Below the pieces are notes generated by a model. That model was not told the DNA's origin. It searched no databases and was given only the letters and a program-made list of their open reading frames with translations. Of a stretch of 64,000 nucleotides of DNA, positions 58,462-64,000 are shown piece after piece. A program made the translations under genes and the position numbers. Each line of letters starts with the position of its first letter. Position 1 is the first letter of the stretch. This DNA is from Promethearchaeati archaeon SRVP18_Atabeyarchaeia-1 (GTDB lineage: Archaea > Asgardarchaeota > Atabeyarchaeia > Atabeyarchaeales > Atabeyarchaeaceae): assembly GCA_037308085.1 (NCBI GenBank), contig CP147779.1, positions 512,001 through 576,000 on the forward strand, written 5' to 3'.

Positions 58462-59763
58462 CTACTTGTCAGACTTGACTACGTCCTTCACGATCCCGAC
58501 TGCGATTGTGATTCCCATATCTCTTATGGCGAATCTCCCGAGCTGAGGAAAGTCAGCAAACTTCTCGATTACTAGAGGACGCGCAGGAACAAGTTTCACG
58601 ACTGCATTGTCCTTTGATTTGATGAAATCTGGGTTCTCCTGTATCACTTGACCTGTCCGCGGGTCTAACTTGGATATCAGCTTCTCGAACTTGCATGCCA
58701 CAGTCGCCGTGTGTGCGTGTAAGACAGGAGTGTAACCGACGGCCACGCTCGTGGGGTGCTGAATCACTACGATCTGTCCTGTGAATTCTTTTGCAACAGT
58801 CGGAGGATTGTTCACATGACCAACCACGTCACCCCTGTGCACCGTTGCCTTGTCAATGCCTCGGACGTTGAAGCCAATATTGTCACCTGGGACAGCCTGA
58901 TCGAGGCGCTCATGATGCATTTCGATAGTCTTTACCTCACCCTTCCCCGATCCCGGCATGAATATGATCGAGTCACCCTGCTTGAGCACGCCAGTCTCCA
59001 CCCGTCCTACAGGAACAGTTCCAGCACCGCTAATCGAGTAGACGTCCTGAATCGGGATTCTCAGCGGCTTCTCCGTCGGTTTAGGTGGAACCGTCAGGTT
59101 CTCCAGTGCCTGAAGTATTGTTGGGCCCTTGTACCAAGGCATCTTCTTACTCAGTTCGGTCAGGTTTTCACCCACCCAAGCAGAAACGGGGATAAATGGA
59201 ACCTTCTCAAGTTTGTATCCCACGACCTTGAGAAGTTCTGAAGCTTCCTTCTTTACCTCTTCGTACCTGTCCTGACTCCAGTTTACCGTTTGGTCATCCA
59301 TCTTGTTGATCGCGACTATCAACTGGTTTACACCCAGCGTGAATGCCAGGAATGCATGCTCGCGTGTCTGTCCTCCCGGACCAATCCCCGACTCGAATTC
59401 TCCTTTCTTGCCAGAGATCACAAGTATTGCTGCATCAGCCTGGCTCGCCCCAGTAATCATATTCTTAACGAAGTCCCTGTGACCAGGTGCGTCGATGAAA
59501 GTGAAGTAGTACTTGTCCGTTTCAAACCTCTGGAACATTATGTCAATAGTGACTCCCCTTTCTCGCTCTTCCTTGAGCTTGTCCATCACCCAAGCTATGT
59601 ACTCTGATCCCTTTCCGATCTTCTCTGCCTCTGTCTTGTAAGTGTCCAGAGTACGTTTGTCAACGGCGCCCTTCTTTATTAGCAATTGGCCACCCAAAGT
59701 GCTCTTCCCATGGTCGATATGTCCTATTACTATCAGGTTCAAGTGCGGTTTCTTCTGAGACAT
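58462..59763 (-). CDS. tuf: elongation factor 1-alpha
   Basis: [29 protein letters not shown]. Confidence 0.98.
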   Translation of the reverse strand: MSQKKPHLNLIVIGHIDHGKSTLGGQLLIKKGAVDKRTLDTYKTEAEKIGKGSEYIAWVMDKLKEERERGVTIDIMFQRFETDKYYFTFIDAPGHRDFVKNMITGASQADAAILVISGKKGEFESGIGPGGQTREHAFLAFTLGVNQLIVAINKMDDQTVNWSQDRYEEVKKEASELLKVVGYKLEKVPFIPVSAWVGENLTELSKKMPWYKGPTILQALENLTVPPKPTEKPLRIPIQDVYSISGAGTVPVGRVETGVLKQGDSIIFMPGSGKGEVKTIEMHHERLDQAVPGDNIGFNVRGIDKATVHRGDVVGHVNNPPTVAKEFTGQIVVIQHPTSVAVGYTPVLHAHTATVACKFEKLISKLDPRTGQVIQENPDFIKSKDNAVVKLVPARPLVIEKFADFPQLGRFAIRDMGITIAVGIVKDVVKSDK

Positions 59764-59906
59764 TTCGGATTCACTCCTTCGATCGATCTGCTAAACTTAA
59801 TCGGAATTAACCTGCTAAGCAGTGACTACCATATCTGGCTAAGAGTTTATAATTCTGATCCCTTTCGCCTTATAAAAGTTTTTGGTAGGATTGACTGGTC
59901 TGCGCT

Positions 59907-61007
59907 GTGTACTCGCGTCCATCAAGGACGAGAAACCAGCATAATCTCACACGTCTGAGAGTTTGCACCGACCTCTCTTTCCTAGTTGTGTTTAATAGGC
60001 TTCTTTCCTTACATTCCATAGGGTTTTTGCTGTTGACCTATGCCGAGCTTCCTGCATTGTGTATAACCTTAGCGACAGTTACTTGGCTGATCGCGCTTTT
60101 CGTGTTAATGAGAGCGTGGAGAAATAAGGACCTAAGGCTCTTGCCCTTCCTGCTACTCGATGTCATCATATCAGGAGTTTTCCCTTTCATCTTGTCAGGT
60201 CTGGTTGCGCTTGACCTCACTACTGTCCAGAAACTCTTCCTATCCGCATTCCTGCTCTACTCAACAATAGGTTCCATCTACCTTCTTTTCCCTTCTGCCG
60301 GAAGAAGAATCCTGATCCCATTTGCTTCCCTATACCTCCTTCTCGCAGTCCTCCAGTTGCTCCTAAGACTCTTGTATGACCCTATGGTATTTGGTTTTGC
60401 CCTGTTCACGTACAGCTTTATGGATGAAGTTAACATAGCGACACTTTCCGCGCTAGCCCTCACTATTCTGCTTCCTTTCTGCACGCAGCTTACCCGCAAA
60501 ATAGGCATATTGGTTGATTCAAGGCGACTTGACGGCATTGTCAGCTCCACTGAAGTCGAGAGCGGCAATGCAACAAGGCAACCCTCCAGTCCTAGCCCAG
60601 AATCTCTTCCAAGTAGCCCATCAGCATCCGTTTTGCGTGATGCCGTGAGGCTCTTTAATCAAGACCGATACCGGCAGTGCATAGAATACTGTGATACGGA
60701 GGTAGAGCGTATGCTGCTGTCGAAACTAGGTGAATTGTGCTCAGCCAGGATAGATCTTCCCATGAGGTTACAGGATCAGGTAACCATGTTAGAGTCAAAG
60801 AACATACCAATACGAGGAAAAGGCATATTGCAGTTACGGGAACTCCGTAATCGCCTTACAATGTCCACCCTCAAGTCGACAGGACTTCAGGCAAGGTGGG
60901 CAATTAGAGTGCTACGCAGAACCACAAGGGCTTTTGCGGGTCTTGAAGACTCCTCTCCCCCCTCCGTCGAGAGTCAGCAGCTACTAAGTTCAGAAACCCC
61001 TCAATGA
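59907..61007 (+). CDS. hypothetical membrane protein with a C-terminal helical (HEPN-like?) domain; start uncertain
   Basis: ~6 TM segments, Ser/Pro linker, LRELRNRL helix. Confidence 0.6.
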   Translation: MYSRPSRTRNQHNLTRLRVCTDLSFLVVFNRLLSLHSIGFLLLTYAELPALCITLATVTWLIALFVLMRAWRNKDLRLLPFLLLDVIISGVFPFILSGLVALDLTTVQKLFLSAFLLYSTIGSIYLLFPSAGRRILIPFASLYLLLAVLQLLLRLLYDPMVFGFALFTYSFMDEVNIATLSALALTILLPFCTQLTRKIGILVDSRRLDGIVSSTEVESGNATRQPSSPSPESLPSSPSASVLRDAVRLFNQDRYRQCIEYCDTEVERMLLSKLGELCSARIDLPMRLQDQVTMLESKNIPIRGKGILQLRELRNRLTMSTLKSTGLQARWAIRVLRRTTRAFAGLEDSSPPSVESQQLLSSETPQ

Positions 61008-61019
61008 CTAGGGACTCGG

Positions 61020-62045
61020 CTATAGATAGTAGAGTATGTTGACAAGCAGAAACTCTACCAACCCACAGAATCCTCCTATTTTGTCCAGCAGACTAGCTCT
61101 CTTTAGTGCCTTGGGAGCCCCGTGGCGACTCAATGCAATTAATGATGAGCCCAGGACGACCAAGCTTCCTAAAACGACCAGGGGCAATGGGATCATTTTG
61201 GCCCCATCCATGAGCCAGCTAAGGCTGAAGAAGAGTATACCAAAGGAATTGGATGCTGCTGCAACCTTCGCGGCTGTTCCGGTACCGTACCGGCGAGCTA
61301 TCGTCTTTACAGATCTCAGTTTGTCTCCCCTAAGATCTTCGATTCCTTTGATTACTTCTCTTCCAAACAATACGAATGTTGCCGTTAAGAAGTATACCCA
61401 AATCACGGTAGGAAAGAAGAGAAGGGCCTCTCCACTAATCAGAATGAATTCATTACGCGACTCCGCAGCCACTATTGATCCAAAAAACATGCCAAAGCTA
61501 AAGCTCGACGCAACAGCAATATTGCCTATGGGTCCCAAGGCCTTCACCCTGGCTGCGTAAACATACCCAAATGCGGCAAAAACCATCGCCATGATACCAG
61601 CGATCAGGCTTATTGCAAAGGCAAGCGCACCACCTACGAGCCACAGCGTCAACGTTAATGCCTTAGCCTGCCTTAATGTTAGAGCTCCGCGCGGTAGCGG
61701 CCTGCCTGGCTTGTTTACCTTATCAACTTCAATGTCATAGATGTCATTGATAATGTTGCCAGCAGCAGCAATGAACACATAGATGAGATAAGTAAGAACC
61801 AGAATCTCATACAATCTCGAGGGAAAAGGCACACCAAGTTTGGACAGAAGCGTTGAAGGAGGCAAACCTGCCAAATTAAGTGAATACACTCTGTCTGTGG
61901 CAAGTACACCTATTACACAAGTCAACGCTCCCATTAGGCAATTGTGGGGGCGGGTGATCTCAATCAGAGATTTCAATTCCAACCAAATTCCCTCAGTGGC
62001 ACAAGGAACCAGTACACGGTAGTTAAGAATCCCAGAAACCCACAT
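61020..62045 (-). CDS. UbiA-family prenyltransferase (DGGGP synthase-like)
   Basis: RPHN, NDIYDIEVDKVNKPGRPLPRG, REVIKGIEDLRGD. Confidence 0.9.
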   Translation of the reverse strand: MWVSGILNYRVLVPCATEGIWLELKSLIEITRPHNCLMGALTCVIGVLATDRVYSLNLAGLPPSTLLSKLGVPFPSRLYEILVLTYLIYVFIAAAGNIINDIYDIEVDKVNKPGRPLPRGALTLRQAKALTLTLWLVGGALAFAISLIAGIMAMVFAAFGYVYAARVKALGPIGNIAVASSFSFGMFFGSIVAAESRNEFILISGEALLFFPTVIWVYFLTATFVLFGREVIKGIEDLRGDKLRSVKTIARRYGTGTAAKVAAASNSFGILFFSLSWLMDGAKMIPLPLVVLGSLVVLGSSLIALSRHGAPKALKRASLLDKIGGFCGLVEFLLVNILYYL

Positions 62046-62108
62046 ATAAATGGGTAGGATGGTGTCTCTTATGTACTTGGTGACTATTCGCTCTGTGCTG
62101 ACTGGGGG

Positions 62109-63857
62109 TTGCGGGTCTTGACCGCCTGCGATAATGTCGATGCAGCTCTGGGAAGAGTCAAGGCCGACCTTGTTATCAAGGACGCAAAGATAGTTGACGT
62201 AAACACCCGGGAGATATACGTATCTGACATAGCTACTAAAGGAGAAAGGGTCGTCCTGGTAGGCGATTCCTCTGGATTAGTTGGGAGTGCCACGTCAATA
62301 ATCAACGCGGACGGCATGTACGCGGTCCCAGGTTTTGTCGATGCACATCTCCATGTTGAGAGTAGCATGCTCACGCCCACTGAATTCTGTAAAGTCGTGA
62401 CAGGTCATGGCACTACAACAATAATATGGGATCCGCACGAAGTCGTGAATGTTGCCGGCATAGAGGCGCTGAGAATAGCTATCAGGGAAACTGCGAGGCT
62501 TCCTCTTCATGTCTACTTTGTTGTTCCTTCCTGCGTCCCCTCCGCGCCCGGTAAAGAGACCTCAGGAGCCTGCGTCAGTACTGCGCAGGTTTCGGAAGCA
62601 TTAGGTTTGGATAGGGTTATTGGGCTAGGAGAAGTAATGGATTACCCTGGTGTTCTGTCATGTTCCACGGAAGTAATAGGCAAGATTGAGGAGGCTCGAC
62701 GAAGGCGCGTGATAATCGACGGTCACGCTCCTGGATTGCGGGGAAAGGAACTATGTGCCTACATTGCTTCGGGCGTTCGCTCAGATCATGAGTCTGTTAG
62801 TGGAGAAGAGGGACTAGAGAAGCTCCGCCGTGGGATCTGGCTAATGATAAGGGAAAGCTCGACATCAAAGGATCTCAGCAATCTCATCAAGCCCCTAGTT
62901 GAAGGCAAGGTGGACACCAGGCATTGTATGTTCGTATCCGATGATAGGTCGGTCAATGATCTTATTCTTGAAGGGCACATTGATCATATCCTGCGCAAGG
63001 CCATATCTGGGGGTATTGACTTCATGACAGCCGTCCAACTTGCGACAATCAATCCAGCAACCTACGCTCGATTGGACAGTGAGACAGGTAGCATATCGCC
63101 CGGTCGATTTGCGGACATTCTTCTTCTTAGTGATCCTGGCAAGGTTAGAATAGGGAAAGTCGTCATTGGCGGGAGACAATTAGATCGCGGTCTTACATAT
63201 GGGGATTTCAAGTATCCAAGAAAGCTTACAAGAACAGTCAAGTTAAAGAGAAAGCTTGTACCCGCTGATTTCGAATTTGAGTCGAGTAATGATGAGGAAG
63301 CTGATGTCACTGCCATTGGAATGAGAGAAGGAACTCTCTTAACATCTAATGAGAGAAGACGGGTTAAGACCAGCCATGGAGCTATCCAGGCCCCCAGAGA
63401 CGTCCTTCTCGCCTCAGTTGTCGAGAGACACCGGCGCACTGGAAACGTTGGAAAGGGCTTCATAGTCGGGTTGGGTCCCCTTGATGGAGCGCTTGCGCAA
63501 ACCATCGCTCATGACTCCCACAATATGATAGTCGTAGGATCCAATTCTAGAGACATGCTGAATGCTGCCAGGGCAGTTTATGACATGCAGGGGGGGATAG
63601 CGTTATCAAGCCGCGGAAAGCTTGTTGCTTTCTTGGCTCTTAATATCGCGGGTCTAATGAGCACAGAGTCTGCTGAAGAGGTTGCTAGGAAGAAGGAATT
63701 AATTGAGGGAGAAGGGCGGAAGTTGGGGCTTTGGGCAAAATCCCCAATAGCGAGCCTTAGTTTCGTGTCCTTGCCTGTGATCCCTTCACTCAGATTGACC
63801 GACAAGGGTTTGCTCGATGTCGACCGAGGGGTCTTCATTGACCCAGTTGTAAGATGA
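62109..63857 (+). CDS. ade: adenine deaminase
   Basis: DAHLHVESS, DPHE, DGHAP, SDHE, SDD, AHDSHN. Confidence 0.95.
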   Translation: MRVLTACDNVDAALGRVKADLVIKDAKIVDVNTREIYVSDIATKGERVVLVGDSSGLVGSATSIINADGMYAVPGFVDAHLHVESSMLTPTEFCKVVTGHGTTTIIWDPHEVVNVAGIEALRIAIRETARLPLHVYFVVPSCVPSAPGKETSGACVSTAQVSEALGLDRVIGLGEVMDYPGVLSCSTEVIGKIEEARRRRVIIDGHAPGLRGKELCAYIASGVRSDHESVSGEEGLEKLRRGIWLMIRESSTSKDLSNLIKPLVEGKVDTRHCMFVSDDRSVNDLILEGHIDHILRKAISGGIDFMTAVQLATINPATYARLDSETGSISPGRFADILLLSDPGKVRIGKVVIGGRQLDRGLTYGDFKYPRKLTRTVKLKRKLVPADFEFESSNDEEADVTAIGMREGTLLTSNERRRVKTSHGAIQAPRDVLLASVVERHRRTGNVGKGFIVGLGPLDGALAQTIAHDSHNMIVVGSNSRDMLNAARAVYDMQGGIALSSRGKLVAFLALNIAGLMSTESAEEVARKKELIEGEGRKLGLWAKSPIASLSFVSLPVIPSLRLTDKGLLDVDRGVFIDPVVR

Positions 63858-64000
63858 AAACCTGATAATGTTGCAGCCAACCTGTTTCAGATAATGGCGG
63901 TTGATGAACCATCATGGGTAGCTATGACTTGCATGCAGTTCCTGGAAGGTGGACGTGGAAGGCCTCCCTCGACGTGGCCTTGTTCACGCTATTGCTAAAC

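Overview
Archaeal chromosomal window. Asgard-like affinity is inferred from an ESCRT-III Vps2/24/46 + Snf7 pair, a roadblock protein and an MglA/Arf-like GTPase. Most of it is information-processing core: rpoH-B-A'-A''-L30e-nusA-S7 (RpoB and RpoA' each carry a LAGLIDADG intein), eIF5A-SRP54-Pus10-L21e-rpoF-ksgA, csl4-rpoL-TFS-PCNA-GINS, PAN, MBF1, TFE and tuf-rps10. Accessory and unusual content: (i) a tRNA-Lys(UUU) interrupted by four BHB introns; (ii) a complete 6.55-kb IS6-family cargo transposon (52-bp TIRs, 8-bp TSD) carrying a N6-MTase + PD-(D/E)xK nuclease pair, an RHH protein and a P-loop protein; (iii) two IS607-derived TnpB elements and an orphan omegaRNA/HEARO-like IS200/IS605 remnant; (iv) an accessory region (1-7300) in which unrelated genes are each followed by a shared repeat; (v) two or three large, unassigned, highly base-paired intergenic RNA candidates (~25750-26015, ~49418-49780, ~48380-48585), two of which show short mutual complementarity. 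All calls come from reading the sequence by eye; no searches were run.
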